Shown here in pieces: positions 18,084 to 28,608 of a stretch of DNA of 59,230 bases. The notes beneath the pieces were generated by a model. That model was not told where the DNA came from. It was given only the letters and a program-made list of their open reading frames with translations, and did not search any database. Position 1 is the stretch's first letter. Each line of letters opens with the position of its first letter. Origin of the DNA: a virus (lineage: Duplodnaviria; Caudoviricetes); IMG/VR virus record IMGVR_UViG_3300020045_004392, positions 1 to 59,230 of that record. One strand, 5' to 3'. The translations under genes and the position numbers were made by a program.

Positions 18084-20117
18084 ATGGCATACCAAAAAAA
18101 GTATTACTTCTCATTCAAAGACATTAGATTAACTGAGCGCACTCATTTAGTCGAACTTTGGCAGAATACCGAAACTGTTTTAACCGCTGAAGAAATCAAA
18201 GGACACATGAATCCGTTCTCGGTTGAAATGCCTGAAATAGATCATAAGTTTCAGGTCGTGCGTGGGTGCGGGTGCCAGATCAACTTACTATCTGAAACTG
18301 ATATGAAGTTCTTTACAGGGTTATATCATGTCAACCCTACCGACTTCATGGTGAAACATTACATTGACGGCGTGATTAACTTTTACGGTTATCTGAATGC
18401 TGAAATGATGTCAGAACCGTACGACATTGATTTTAACTATCAGGTAAGTTTAACTGGTAATGATGGGTTCTCTTTGATGGATCGCTTTTCGTTTATCCAA
18501 CTTGACGAATCAAATTATACAGGCGTTAAATCAAAGTTTGAACTACTTCAAATTATCTTTGCGAAAATCGGATTGCCTTTCACTGAATACAGAATTGCAC
18601 TTGCTACGACATTCACAGGATATTCCGGTGACGCTGATTCAAGCATTTTACATGAATCTTTTGTGGATTGTGCAAACTTTTACGATGAAGATGATAAGCC
18701 AATGACATTGCGTGCGGTGGTAGAATCAATACTTGCACCTTATGGGGCGCATATCCGTGCGGAATTAGGCAATATATACATAACTGACATTCATTCATTA
18801 GCTTCGCTTTCTTCGGTTGCTTACAAACAGTTTACAATGTCAACCGGAGCCTATACTGGATTTATTGCGATACCGAACGTTAAGGCAATCGCTGACATTG
18901 GGTATTTAGGCACTGGCCACAGTATCGAGCGATCTGGTGGCGTTAATCGTCAGGTGGTAAGTTATTCGCCATATCCGACAAAAACGATATTAGAAGAGTC
19001 GTTAATAGGTACTGATGAGTTTACAACTGTTCCGCCAACATTTAGCACGAAGGATGGGTATTATTATAGAACTTTGGAAGGCAATAAATACTGGGAAACT
19101 ATTCTAGGCGTGTTTGAACAAAGTTTTTACAATTCCCCAAATGATTCGAATGTGTATATCATGTGGCCTAGATTTACATTGGTAAATACAAAGGTTGCAC
19201 AACTCAAAATAAATCCTTATTTAAATATTTCAACTCCTGAATACGGCAATATAAATGATCTTTACCGAATGATAAAGATTGAAATTAGAGCGGAAATATT
19301 AATAAAAACCAAAACAAACCCATACGACAGTAATGATAGTTATGGATTGGTTACCCAATTAGTTACATATTGGGTCGTAAAAGTTGGGAATCTATACTAT
19401 GACAATTCACTAACTGAGAGTCCGAGATGGACAACAACTTATGCCATGTGTCGGGTTCCATCGAACGGAAACGGCCAGAATATTAATGATGATTTCCATT
19501 CTTTCATATTTGCCCCTTTTGTTGACGAATATTTGATGGGAAATTTGGAAATTGAAATATGGTCTAATTATGAAACGTATGGTGATGGTGGTGGGTTGCT
19601 ATCAGATAAAGTTAAGGAAATTTGGATTAAAAATATTGAGTTTAATTTAACTAGGATTAACAGCACAAATCCTGCATTGCCATCTTTAGAAATTCCAGAT
19701 AACGACATTGAATACATAGGACTGCTTGACCGAACATTTCAGAATGAAGGGCAAAAGATTGAATTAACTTGCGGTACTGATACCACGCTTTGCGATAAAG
19801 CTAAAATCCTAAAATCTGATGGTACAAACTATTCTGACATCACTCAATGGACACGCAATGCACAAACTTTTAAAATTGAAGAGTTGCTGCTTGGTTCAGT
19901 TTCCTCAAACTACCGTGCTGGATTCGTGACGCTTTCAAATATGAAGTTGAAAAACTCATTCAGTCTGCAAAATATTCTGACTGATACATTTATCGGGTCG
20001 GCAAAAATGATGGTAAAATCTGCAATGATAAACTATCAGGACAATGTAGTTGAATGCTCATTGATTGAAATTTTACCGGATGAACTTATCATTGTGAAAG
20101 ACACAACCGTAACGTAA
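18084..20117 (+). CDS. Minor tail / tail-tip hub protein
   Basis: 677 aa; first large gene after TMP. Confidence 0.65.
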   Translation: MAYQKKYYFSFKDIRLTERTHLVELWQNTETVLTAEEIKGHMNPFSVEMPEIDHKFQVVRGCGCQINLLSETDMKFFTGLYHVNPTDFMVKHYIDGVINFYGYLNAEMMSEPYDIDFNYQVSLTGNDGFSLMDRFSFIQLDESNYTGVKSKFELLQIIFAKIGLPFTEYRIALATTFTGYSGDADSSILHESFVDCANFYDEDDKPMTLRAVVESILAPYGAHIRAELGNIYITDIHSLASLSSVAYKQFTMSTGAYTGFIAIPNVKAIADIGYLGTGHSIERSGGVNRQVVSYSPYPTKTILEESLIGTDEFTTVPPTFSTKDGYYYRTLEGNKYWETILGVFEQSFYNSPNDSNVYIMWPRFTLVNTKVAQLKINPYLNISTPEYGNINDLYRMIKIEIRAEILIKTKTNPYDSNDSYGLVTQLVTYWVVKVGNLYYDNSLTESPRWTTTYAMCRVPSNGNGQNINDDFHSFIFAPFVDEYLMGNLEIEIWSNYETYGDGGGLLSDKVKEIWIKNIEFNLTRINSTNPALPSLEIPDNDIEYIGLLDRTFQNEGQKIELTCGTDTTLCDKAKILKSDGTNYSDITQWTRNAQTFKIEELLLGSVSSNYRAGFVTLSNMKLKNSFSLQNILTDTFIGSAKMMVKSAMINYQDNVVECSLIEILPDELIIVKDTTVT

Positions 20118-20136
20118 ATTTTTGTAAATTTGCAAT

Positions 20137-21015
20137 ATGTCAGACGTAAGAACCAACAACATACCAGTTCCACGCACCGCACGAAATAAGCGGATATATT
20201 CAGGGAATACCGGAATTAGTAAGTCTGTCGCATCGGGCGCAAGTGGTGAAACGGTATTGGATTGGGTAGGTGTATCAAGCACTGATGTTGTAATAAACCG
20301 GAACCTGACCGTTGAAGGAAACTTAACCGTTGATAATCTGGCAGGATTGGCAGGGGATACGGTTATAGTTAACGAAAACGGAACTTTAGCAACTGTTCGG
20401 GAAGTAATTAATGAAGTTCCGGCCGGAGACATTGACGGGGTTAACGTAACTTATACGCTCGAACATCTCCCTGCCGGTCTTATCCGGTTGTACAAAAACG
20501 GGCAGAAGCTAAAAATAACAACTGACTACTCAATTACTGACGATGTTATTACACTTGTAACGCCGCTTATTTCTGACGGCTACGAAGATATTTTGCTTTG
20601 CGATTATCGTTACGTCACATATTCGCCTGGTGGTACTCCTGTTCCTGCAATTCCTGATCTGGTTAATTGGGTTGCAATGACGCGCGGGGTGGCCGCTCAA
20701 TCGTCAGGGTTCGATATTCAAATTTGCCGAATTGGTAAAACAATTCAAATGTCTGGTTATTTTTTATCAGCTTCGAACCCAGCATCTGGTTCGGTTATTG
20801 CTTCGATTGCGATTGAATCGATTGCTGAAGGAATGAGTTTAACCAGACCGCAATGGATAACGTCGAATGAAATATCAAGTGACTACGACAATAGGGGTAT
20901 GAGGTTTTATGTTGACACGTTCGATCCAACTATAAAACCAACCGTTCGACTTCTTTGTGATTACGAATTCGATGCTGGACAAATATACTTTTCAAAAACT
21001 TTAATTTGCTTATAA
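20137..21015 (+). CDS. Tail fibre-associated protein
   Basis: EVPAGDIDGVNVTYTL...LYKNGQKL...DYSI motif typical of fibre modules. Confidence 0.55.
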   Translation: MSDVRTNNIPVPRTARNKRIYSGNTGISKSVASGASGETVLDWVGVSSTDVVINRNLTVEGNLTVDNLAGLAGDTVIVNENGTLATVREVINEVPAGDIDGVNVTYTLEHLPAGLIRLYKNGQKLKITTDYSITDDVITLVTPLISDGYEDILLCDYRYVTYSPGGTPVPAIPDLVNWVAMTRGVAAQSSGFDIQICRIGKTIQMSGYFLSASNPASGSVIASIAIESIAEGMSLTRPQWITSNEISSDYDNRGMRFYVDTFDPTIKPTVRLLCDYEFDAGQIYFSKTLICL

Positions 21016-21016
21016 C

Positions 21017-23113
21017 ATGAAAAAATTACTATTTATTTTAATGCTTATTCCTTTTATTGGATTCGGGCAAAGCAAAATACGAAACACTCAGATTACATCA
21101 GGGAATAATCCAAATGAAACATTTCTAAAATCTGATGGCGCGACTAATGCCGTTTGGGACTCCGCTAAAATTTCAGGCTTAAAAATTGACGCGACTTTGA
21201 ATCTTAAAGAGTATTCTATTTATGCCGAAGGACAACAACTACCATTATCCAACGGAGGGTGTCAAATTTCAACGCTTACAGATAACGGAAACGGTACGGT
21301 AACGCTAGGAACAGGTGACTATCATTTGTCTGCTAACGTAAGCGGTAAAGGTTCGCATAACTATACTTTATCAGGTGGCACATTTACGCTTACTGACGGA
21401 TCGCAAAACTATATTGTAGCCGACTACAATTCGGGTTCCCCTTATATTCATGTTATAACCGACGTAACGCTAATTAATGAGACTACAATAGTACCAATCT
21501 ATACTATTTTTAGAAACGGTACTTATTTGCACACTCAGAATTGGGATGCGTTGGGGATTGCCCTATCAAATAAAATTCATCAATCAATTGTAAAGACTCA
21601 ACGATATAGGCGTGAATCCGGTTTGTCATTGTCTGAATATGGAACTCATAACCTTAATTTGTCAGTCGGCAGAATATGGACAGGTGCAGTACCGATAACT
21701 TTGGATGCAATTGCAACCTCAACGGATAATATATTCTTTTTTAGGCATATTACAGGCGTTTGGACTCCAAATTTACAAACTGCTTATAATTTCACTCACT
21801 ATGATAATGGTACTGATTTAATAGAACTTACTTCAAATAGATACGCTGTAAATTGGGTGTTTAGAGGTGTTGAAAGTCAGAAGCATTTATATATAGTTGC
21901 CGGAACAGGTGACTATACCGAATCACAAGCAATAACAGCGACATTACCAGCTATTCCAATTGCAATAAGTTCTCATGCTGTATTGGTGGCTAAATTGATA
22001 GTACAGAAAAATGCTGCAACGGCTTCAAGCATTCAATCTGCTTTTGATACTCAATTCGGATTAAGTGCAATTCAATCACACGGAGACTTAACCGGGCGCG
22101 ATGTGGTAGATTCGCATCCGGCTGGAGCAATAACTAATACACCTTACTCAACGACATCGGCAACTACGGTTCAGGGTGCTATTAATGAATTGACAGATGA
22201 GAAAGTTCAAGTTTCTCCTGCGTCTGCTCAGTCTGGTAATATATGGATGGGTGGTTCCATCAGGACAACACAACCAGGAGAATCATTCAGAGTTTCTGAA
22301 CCCTCATCTACAAGTCCATACTCAATAGCGTTCGAGAATGCTGGTGGTGCTGTTTACTTTGGGGTTGAGGGTAGTACAGCAGGTGGTTATTTTACTAATT
22401 CAAACGCTTATGAAGCTGTAATATACGGCGCAAATTCACTATTTATTACATCCCCAACAAGATTTGCATCAACAGTAAACAGCACAGGCTATCTTATAAA
22501 CGGTAACAATCTGTTTAGTTCTCTAACGACAAACGCATACACTAAATGGGATGGGACTAAGTTTGTAGATGCAGTAACACCAACAGGAGCTACAAACCTA
22601 TCCTATACACCAAGCGCAACGAATGGAATAGTTGCTAGTGATACCGGAACCGACGCAACGATTCCGGCAGGAAGTACAATTAATGCAAGTTTAATGCTTC
22701 CGGCTGATAAAACAAAACTAGACGGATTAGTGGCTAATACAATGACGACAGGGTGGGTGGCTAAATGGGACGGAACGAAGTTTGTTGACTTCTATAATCC
22801 GGCAGTTTACGCACTCAGTGGAACTACACCAACGTGGAACGTTAATAATGGGGTTAATGCTACACTAACAACAACTGGAGTCACAACTATAACGATGTCT
22901 AATCTAGTTGCAGGAACAGGCGGTTATTTAACGGTTTCAAGTGGATCGCTGACGTATTATATCACATTCTCAGGATATACGTTTAAAATAACTAGGGCGG
23001 TTTGGAAAACAGGGGATCAATGCTACGTATCAGGCTCAACAAAAACGGATATTTATCATTGGTCGTATAATGGATCAACTGTAACAATTTCAGGAACTTT
23101 AGACGTACAATAA
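21017..23113 (+). CDS. Tail-fibre-like protein with signal peptide
   Basis: MKKLLFILMLIPFIGFG|Q leader; HGDLTGRD..DSHPA, TVQGAINEL, ASLMLPADKTKLDG and repeated KWDGTKFVD fibre motifs. Confidence 0.65.
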   Translation: MKKLLFILMLIPFIGFGQSKIRNTQITSGNNPNETFLKSDGATNAVWDSAKISGLKIDATLNLKEYSIYAEGQQLPLSNGGCQISTLTDNGNGTVTLGTGDYHLSANVSGKGSHNYTLSGGTFTLTDGSQNYIVADYNSGSPYIHVITDVTLINETTIVPIYTIFRNGTYLHTQNWDALGIALSNKIHQSIVKTQRYRRESGLSLSEYGTHNLNLSVGRIWTGAVPITLDAIATSTDNIFFFRHITGVWTPNLQTAYNFTHYDNGTDLIELTSNRYAVNWVFRGVESQKHLYIVAGTGDYTESQAITATLPAIPIAISSHAVLVAKLIVQKNAATASSIQSAFDTQFGLSAIQSHGDLTGRDVVDSHPAGAITNTPYSTTSATTVQGAINELTDEKVQVSPASAQSGNIWMGGSIRTTQPGESFRVSEPSSTSPYSIAFENAGGAVYFGVEGSTAGGYFTNSNAYEAVIYGANSLFITSPTRFASTVNSTGYLINGNNLFSSLTTNAYTKWDGTKFVDAVTPTGATNLSYTPSATNGIVASDTGTDATIPAGSTINASLMLPADKTKLDGLVANTMTTGWVAKWDGTKFVDFYNPAVYALSGTTPTWNVNNGVNATLTTTGVTTITMSNLVAGTGGYLTVSSGSLTYYITFSGYTFKITRAVWKTGDQCYVSGSTKTDIYHWSYNGSTVTISGTLDVQ

Positions 23114-24777
23114 TGAAAAATATACTAATCATTTTATTTTTATTTATTTCAACATCTATATTCTCTCAGGATTTTGGGGAAATATTTAGCTATAAAAACC
23201 CAATAGTAGTAACAATAGATGCCACTGAAATAACTCAAACAACTGCTAAGACAGGGCTAAATTTAATAGCAAATGGTGGCGCATTCATTGAACGAGCTGT
23301 ATTGGTGTGGGATACAATAACAACAATTGACTATGCTAATCCGTTGGGAAGTGTTTTTTTATTCCAAAATACGGCCTATACGGGTGAAAATTATTATACG
23401 TTAACAGGGCTTCAGTCTTGTAAAACCTATTACGTATCTTGTTATGCTGATAGATATTTGGGAAGTCCTATTGCGGATGCCTCTGGGTCGCTTGGAAATA
23501 CTATTAGCTTTACAACAGAATGTTCATCAACTCTTCCAATTGTTACTACAATAGAGCCAATGTACTTATCTACAACATCGGCAACAAGTGGGGGTAATGT
23601 CTCATCAGATGGTGGGGCAAATGTAACGGCTAGGGGCGTTTGTTGGGCAACTCACGCTAGTCCTGATATTACAGACAGCAAAACAACAAGCGGAAGCGGA
23701 ACTGGCGTGTTTACAAGCACAATGTCAGGATTAACGGCAGGAACGTTATATTATGTAAGAGCGTACGCAACAAATAGCGTAGGAACTGCATATGGAGAAG
23801 AATTTGAGTATCAGGGATTGACTCTTCCAAATGTTTACCTATTCGACAACTACAATATTACTCAGTCATCAGCTAATATTGCAAGCATAATAATGTCAAC
23901 AGGACACACAACACTAACCGATAAAGGTATTTGTTGGAAACCAAACACGGCAGGAAGTCCTACGCTTTCAGATAGCGTATATTCAAATGGCAGCGGTGGA
24001 ATAAAGTTTGATCAATATGTTAGCATTATGAGTGATTTAACAGCGTCAACCACCTATAAAGTAAGGCCATACGCAACAAATTCAGTTGGGACTTATTACG
24101 GTAATGAAATCACTATAACAACTGAATCAGGAACATTATTGCCACCAACAGTAACAACAGATTCAATAGCAGACTACAATGATCCTAATCCTGAGTTTGC
24201 TAACTTTTACGGTAATGTCCGAAGTGATGGAGGTGATCCAATAATCAGAAGTGGATTTGTTTACAATACAACAGGGAATCCAACGCTGACCAATACAATT
24301 TTAATACTAGGGGAATATCCATATGAGGGTTCATACTTTATGACCGCTAATTTGGAATGCGGAACTCATTATTATGTTTGTGCCTATTCTGAAAATTCAA
24401 CAGGCGTTGGGTATGGGGACGTATTAGAGTTTACAACAGATACCCCGTCTAGTTATGTAGTTGCTCAGGTTTATTCATACATAACAGGCACGTGTGATGG
24501 GACACCTTACGACTTATCAATGCCTAGTCAAGCGAATGCTATTCAGGCTTGCGATAATTATACTAATTGTGGATTTGATACTTTTGAAGGTTTTAGAGTT
24601 CAAGCAATATCTTTCAGTGCAGGATATAGGCTATACAATTGGCTTTCTGATTGCGAACCTTTTGATGCAAGTACTGAACATGGATATTATTTTGCAACTA
24701 CCGATTCAGGGGCAAATACCTATATTTTAGAGATCAGTAGTGATGGTATGATAATATCTGTTACACCATGCCCGTAA
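23113..24777 (+). CDS. Signal-peptide protein with tandem FN3-like repeats
   Basis: MKNILIILFLFISTSIFS|Q leader; ~4 repeats of PxVTT...G.CW...YYVRAYATNSVGTAYG; Cys-containing C-terminus. Confidence 0.7.
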   Translation: MKNILIILFLFISTSIFSQDFGEIFSYKNPIVVTIDATEITQTTAKTGLNLIANGGAFIERAVLVWDTITTIDYANPLGSVFLFQNTAYTGENYYTLTGLQSCKTYYVSCYADRYLGSPIADASGSLGNTISFTTECSSTLPIVTTIEPMYLSTTSATSGGNVSSDGGANVTARGVCWATHASPDITDSKTTSGSGTGVFTSTMSGLTAGTLYYVRAYATNSVGTAYGEEFEYQGLTLPNVYLFDNYNITQSSANIASIIMSTGHTTLTDKGICWKPNTAGSPTLSDSVYSNGSGGIKFDQYVSIMSDLTASTTYKVRPYATNSVGTYYGNEITITTESGTLLPPTVTTDSIADYNDPNPEFANFYGNVRSDGGDPIIRSGFVYNTTGNPTLTNTILILGEYPYEGSYFMTANLECGTHYYVCAYSENSTGVGYGDVLEFTTDTPSSYVVAQVYSYITGTCDGTPYDLSMPSQANAIQACDNYTNCGFDTFEGFRVQAISFSAGYRLYNWLSDCEPFDASTEHGYYFATTDSGANTYILEISSDGMIISVTPCP

Positions 24778-24914
24778 TGTTTTATAATTAAAATAAATTA
24801 TTTAATTTAGTGTCGAATTTTAAAAATTTACTATTATGAAAAAGTCAATTAGATTGTACGACGATCCACCAGTTCCAGATCAAGAGCCAGACGGCCCAGA
24901 TTTACCACCTGAAA

Positions 24915-25289
24915 ATGAGTAAGCTAAAACTAAAAGGTGTATTAGCTGTATTTGCCATTATATTGATAATGGTATCATACATCATTTATAACTACTATTA
25001 TTATGAAATGAATATAAAACTTAAAGAATTATATTTTATTTCAACAGGAGTAGCAATTTCTATTTTTTCAGGGTTACTTTTTACCTTTTTTCGGAATAAA
25101 TGGACTAGAACGCTATTGCTATATTGCTCTACTTTTTATGCGATGCTGATAATTTCATACGTATATTCATGGATAACTCAAAACCATGCCTACGCTTATA
25201 TTAAATTATCAATGTTCTTAGGGTTATTAATAGGAATAATTTATATGACGTATGACCTCATTGCAAATCGAACCAACAACCGCGCTTAA
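24915..25289 (+). CDS. Multi-pass membrane protein (lysis region)
   Basis: About 4 hydrophobic helices. Confidence 0.6.
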   Translation: MSKLKLKGVLAVFAIILIMVSYIIYNYYYYEMNIKLKELYFISTGVAISIFSGLLFTFFRNKWTRTLLLYCSTFYAMLIISYVYSWITQNHAYAYIKLSMFLGLLIGIIYMTYDLIANRTNNRA

Positions 25290-25512
25290 TTTTATCGTAC
25301 TTGTTATTCAAGTTATTGTATTTGTTTTCATGTATCAAAAGAAAATAAAAAACACAGTTGATTCAGAGGACTTAGATAAATTGAAAAATTATGTAGATAG
25401 TCAAGACCGGGCAATCCATCACCGAATTGATGGAATTGAAAAAAAGACAAGTGAAGATATTTCTCACATTCGAAACATGACTCAGGAAATTTATAACCAT
25501 TTATTAAAATAA
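25252..25512 (+). CDS. Single-pass membrane protein, holin/antiholin-like
   Basis: One TM segment plus coiled-coil; in lysis cluster. Confidence 0.5.
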   Translation: MTSLQIEPTTALNFIVLVIQVIVFVFMYQKKIKNTVDSEDLDKLKNYVDSQDRAIHHRIDGIEKKTSEDISHIRNMTQEIYNHLLK

Positions 25513-25515
25513 GAA

Positions 25516-25776
25516 ATGAAAACAGGATTCTTTCAGTCGATTTCAGGAAATAACAGTAGTTCCAGGTTAATTGCTTTCATTGTAGTAATGATTTCTCTTG
25601 CATTTACCGGATTTGTTTTGTGGTCTGGATTATCAAAAGACAATGCTGATATTTTAGTGACTACAACAGCCGCCGGAACATTATTCCTTCAGGTTGCAGG
25701 GTCGGCTATGGCATTTGTATTTATTCAAAAGAAAACCGAAGTAAAACAGGAGGTTAAAAATGAAAACCCTACTTAG
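25516..25776 (+). CDS. Putative holin
   Basis: Two TM segments, SSSRL motif, charged C-terminus. Confidence 0.55.
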   Translation: MKTGFFQSISGNNSSSRLIAFIVVMISLAFTGFVLWSGLSKDNADILVTTTAAGTLFLQVAGSAMAFVFIQKKTEVKQEVKNENPT

Positions 25777-26359
25777 TATTTTCTCGTTTGCAAAAGGAAA
25801 TTTTATCAAAATCCTGATTGTTGCCTTAGTCGTTGCAGTATCGTTCGGGTATTTGATGTACAAAACGAACATCAAATTGAAAATTGATAATACCAGGCAG
25901 TCGGAAAACTACGTTCAATTAAATCAGGCAAATCAAGTTCTATCATTAAAAATTGATGAATATTCAGATTTGCACACAAAAGATTCTGAAAAACTTGATT
26001 CGCTTTTACAAGTGATCAAATTAAAGCCTAAACAGATCAAATCTGCAACGGTAATAAATACTATTTATAAAGATACTACGATTGAGAAGATCGTTTATTT
26101 ACCGGTACAAAAACAGACAGATTCGAGTTATATCATTCCTATCACAACTGATAACGGATGCTGGGGATTGAAAGGGCAGATATTAACAAAAGATCCTGAT
26201 TCTAAATTTAAGGTTACTGAACGAACAGCCAACAATTCGGCTCAATTAGTTGTAACACCACAAAAACGGTTTTTATTTTGGACAATTCGTAAAGAAAAAT
26301 ATCAGGCTTTTAGTGATTGCGGAGAAGTAACATTCACTCAGATTAATTTTGTCAAATGA
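25760..26359 (+). CDS. Putative spanin-like membrane-anchored coiled-coil protein
   Basis: N-terminal TM, coiled coil, KRFLFW C-terminal motif; beside endolysin. Confidence 0.5.
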   Translation: MKTLLSIFSFAKGNFIKILIVALVVAVSFGYLMYKTNIKLKIDNTRQSENYVQLNQANQVLSLKIDEYSDLHTKDSEKLDSLLQVIKLKPKQIKSATVINTIYKDTTIEKIVYLPVQKQTDSSYIIPITTDNGCWGLKGQILTKDPDSKFKVTERTANNSAQLVVTPQKRFLFWTIRKEKYQAFSDCGEVTFTQINFVK

Positions 26360-26805
26360 TAACCCTCGTAGAAAAAACTTTGCAAGACTTCGGACATTAC
26401 ACTCCTGACTCTGCTAATTTGATTCTCGGCACAATTGCCCAGGAATCAGCATACGGAAAATATCACAAACAAATTAACGGTCCAGCTTTAGGTATTTGCC
26501 AAATGGAGCCGGCAACGTTTAACGATATTTGCAAGAACTATCTTAAATACCATCCGGATATTACCGAGCGTATTAAATCAGTTTGCCATGTTAATGTACT
26601 TTCTGCTATTGATATGATCTCAAATGATCAATTAGCTATCTGTATGTGTAGAGTTCATTATTTGCGTCAAAAAGGCGCAATACCGACTACAATTGAAGGA
26701 TATGCAAAGTACTGGAAGCAATGGTATAATACGCCACTAGGGAAAGGTACTGAAACTGAATTTATCAGGAATTATCATTTGTGGGTGTTGAATGATCGGG
26801 ATTAA
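26356..26805 (+). CDS. Endolysin (lysozyme-like fold)
   Basis: LGTIAQES catalytic Glu, GPALGICQMEPAT and YWKQWYNTPLGKG motifs. Confidence 0.75.
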   Translation: MITLVEKTLQDFGHYTPDSANLILGTIAQESAYGKYHKQINGPALGICQMEPATFNDICKNYLKYHPDITERIKSVCHVNVLSAIDMISNDQLAICMCRVHYLRQKGAIPTTIEGYAKYWKQWYNTPLGKGTETEFIRNYHLWVLNDRD

Positions 26806-27187
26806 GTAGGTCACCGTATTTTTCCCTAAACTCACGATCTGTGTCTAAATATCCTTGGATCTTTTTAATTGAACTAAGTACAGTTGAATGGTCTTTGCCG
26901 CCAAAATAAGCACCAATTGCAGCCAGTGTACATTTTGTATTTTTTGATGCAATATAATGACAAAATTGACGAGGTAAAAGTATGTGAGGTTCACGTATTT
27001 TCATATTCAGGTACTCAGGAGTTAAGCCAGTTGCCTTGCAAACCATAGCCATGATTTGATCGAGCTTCATATAAACCTTGTTATCCTTGTTAAATATCCT
27101 CAATTCAAGTTCAAACTTAAAGTCTGATTGATTAAATGATTTGATTAATTCGTTTATTTTTTGCAATTCTTTTTCCATCGTATTCAT
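26765..27187 (-). CDS. DnaA C-terminal (domain IV)-like HTH protein
   Basis: PRQFCHYIA...TLAAIGAYFGGKDHSTVLSSIKKI matches the DnaA_C signature. Confidence 0.8.
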   Translation of the reverse strand: MNTMEKELQKINELIKSFNQSDFKFELELRIFNKDNKVYMKLDQIMAMVCKATGLTPEYLNMKIREPHILLPRQFCHYIASKNTKCTLAAIGAYFGGKDHSTVLSSIKKIQGYLDTDREFREKYGDLLNPDHSTPTNDNS

Positions 27188-27255
27188 ATTTTTTATATAT
27201 TTGTGTACTTCATAGGTTTGTTTAGGTTAGTTGATTTTTGATTAGGATTTGTTTT

Positions 27256-27286
27256 CCTCCCGGGGTGATTGCCGGGAGGTTTTTTT
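27256..27286 (+). terminator. Rho-independent terminator, possibly bidirectional
   Basis: CCTCCCGG-N8-CCGGGAGG plus T7. Confidence 0.7.
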
Positions 27287-27809
27287 ATGGATTAAAAAGC
27301 GTTGGCAATTTTCGTTCCACTGTAACAATTGTATCGTTATGGCTACCGCCATGAGCAACTAATAATATTTCAATTAATTCAAATCCTCTTTTCTTACCTA
27401 TTCCAGAACTATTCCACCCAAAGCACATAACTATTCCATTTGGCTTAACTATGCGGCTAATTTCGTTAATGTGTTTTGTTCTCCAACTGCTTTGTGTAGT
27501 TTCAGTTGTTACAGCAATCCCAACATTTTTATAACATTCTGAAACTTGCCTTAGTGAATAAGGTGGATCATAAAAAACAAAATCCAGAGAATTATCAGCA
27601 AATTTTTTAAGAAAATCAACAGCATCTAAATGATAATCTGTTTTCATTTCAGGGTTTAGATCATTGGTGACTTTTGCCAACTTACTTTTATTTGCAAATG
27701 GGTCTACGCTTTCAAAACTTGACTTTAGGTACTTATGAATCAATTTGCTGATACATTTAATATCAAAAGTGTTTGAATTAGGCATTTCCCATACTCTATT
27801 AAAAATCAT
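27285..27809 (-). CDS. Short amino-DNA methyltransferase (N6A/N4C type)
   Basis: VDPFAN SAM-binding-like motif and YDPPYS catalytic motif. Confidence 0.75.
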   Translation of the reverse strand: MIFNRVWEMPNSNTFDIKCISKLIHKYLKSSFESVDPFANKSKLAKVTNDLNPEMKTDYHLDAVDFLKKFADNSLDFVFYDPPYSLRQVSECYKNVGIAVTTETTQSSWRTKHINEISRIVKPNGIVMCFGWNSSGIGKKRGFELIEILLVAHGGSHNDTIVTVERKLPTLFNP

Positions 27810-28252
27810 ATCGTTTCCTCCATCTTTTTAACACTCTTCACTCTCACCCCATTCAAACAATCCTGTTCCTTTACCAAATAAACCATGTAAGCCGATCCTG
27901 TGTAACAAATTTCAATACCTGTTTTTGGTGCGGACTGATCCCGAACGTTCGATTCATGATTAAGCCAACCTGATGAGATTTTCTCAACGTTCCAAAACTC
28001 AAAAGATTCTGATCCTGTAATCAGCGTTACCTTATACCGCTTGCCAGATACGACACGATTTGAGCAAAAAAACATGATTATTGCAGCCTGTTTATCTGAT
28101 TCAATGAATTCGCGTAATGTTTCGAAATAAGCAAACAAACGGCCGGATAAAGCTATCTGATTTGATGTATCAGGTAGTTCGTATAACTTTTGCGTTGCAG
28201 TGTCAAATACGCAAATGTTTGGCGAGTCGGTGGGGACTATGCGGATGGTCAT
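27806..28252 (-). CDS. Hypothetical protein
   Basis: ATGA-coupled ORF. Confidence 0.6.
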   Translation of the reverse strand: MTIRIVPTDSPNICVFDTATQKLYELPDTSNQIALSGRLFAYFETLREFIESDKQAAIIMFFCSNRVVSGKRYKVTLITGSESFEFWNVEKISSGWLNHESNVRDQSAPKTGIEICYTGSAYMVYLVKEQDCLNGVRVKSVKKMEETI

Positions 28253-28608
28253 AGTAGTTCGGTATTATCGTGAATGTTGCCGATGACTTCAACATCTTTG
28301 TCATTAACAGCCTCGCCAAACCAATGACTAAACGCCCATTTTTTGCTGTCAATAATGAATGATGCAAACTTATTAGACCATCCAACTAGAAGATGTCTTT
28401 CTCCTGAATCTTTCACAATATCACCCTCAAATATCTTAACTCCGTTTTTGTCGGTTAATCCGGTGAATTGGCCGACTGAATCAGGGATTACTTCATCAAA
28501 ATCAGTATAACTAGATACTGCTGTAATAATTAAATTTTCAAATATTCCACCTTCAACCCATTCCCCATTATCAATTCGTTTCCCTCTAAATAATATTGGT
28601 CTTTTCAT
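28249..28608 (-). CDS. YopX family protein
   Basis: ILFRGKR...GQFTGLTDKNGVKIFEGDIV...EVIGNIHD. Confidence 0.9.
   Translation of the reverse strand: MKRPILFRGKRIDNGEWVEGGIFENLIITAVSSYTDFDEVIPDSVGQFTGLTDKNGVKIFEGDIVKDSGERHLLVGWSNKFASFIIDSKKWAFSHWFGEAVNDKDVEVIGNIHDNTELL

Noticed and set aside
18084-24777. Diversity-generating retroelement acting on tail fibres
   Set aside because: No reverse transcriptase ORF and no adenine-specific TR/VR pair was noticed.
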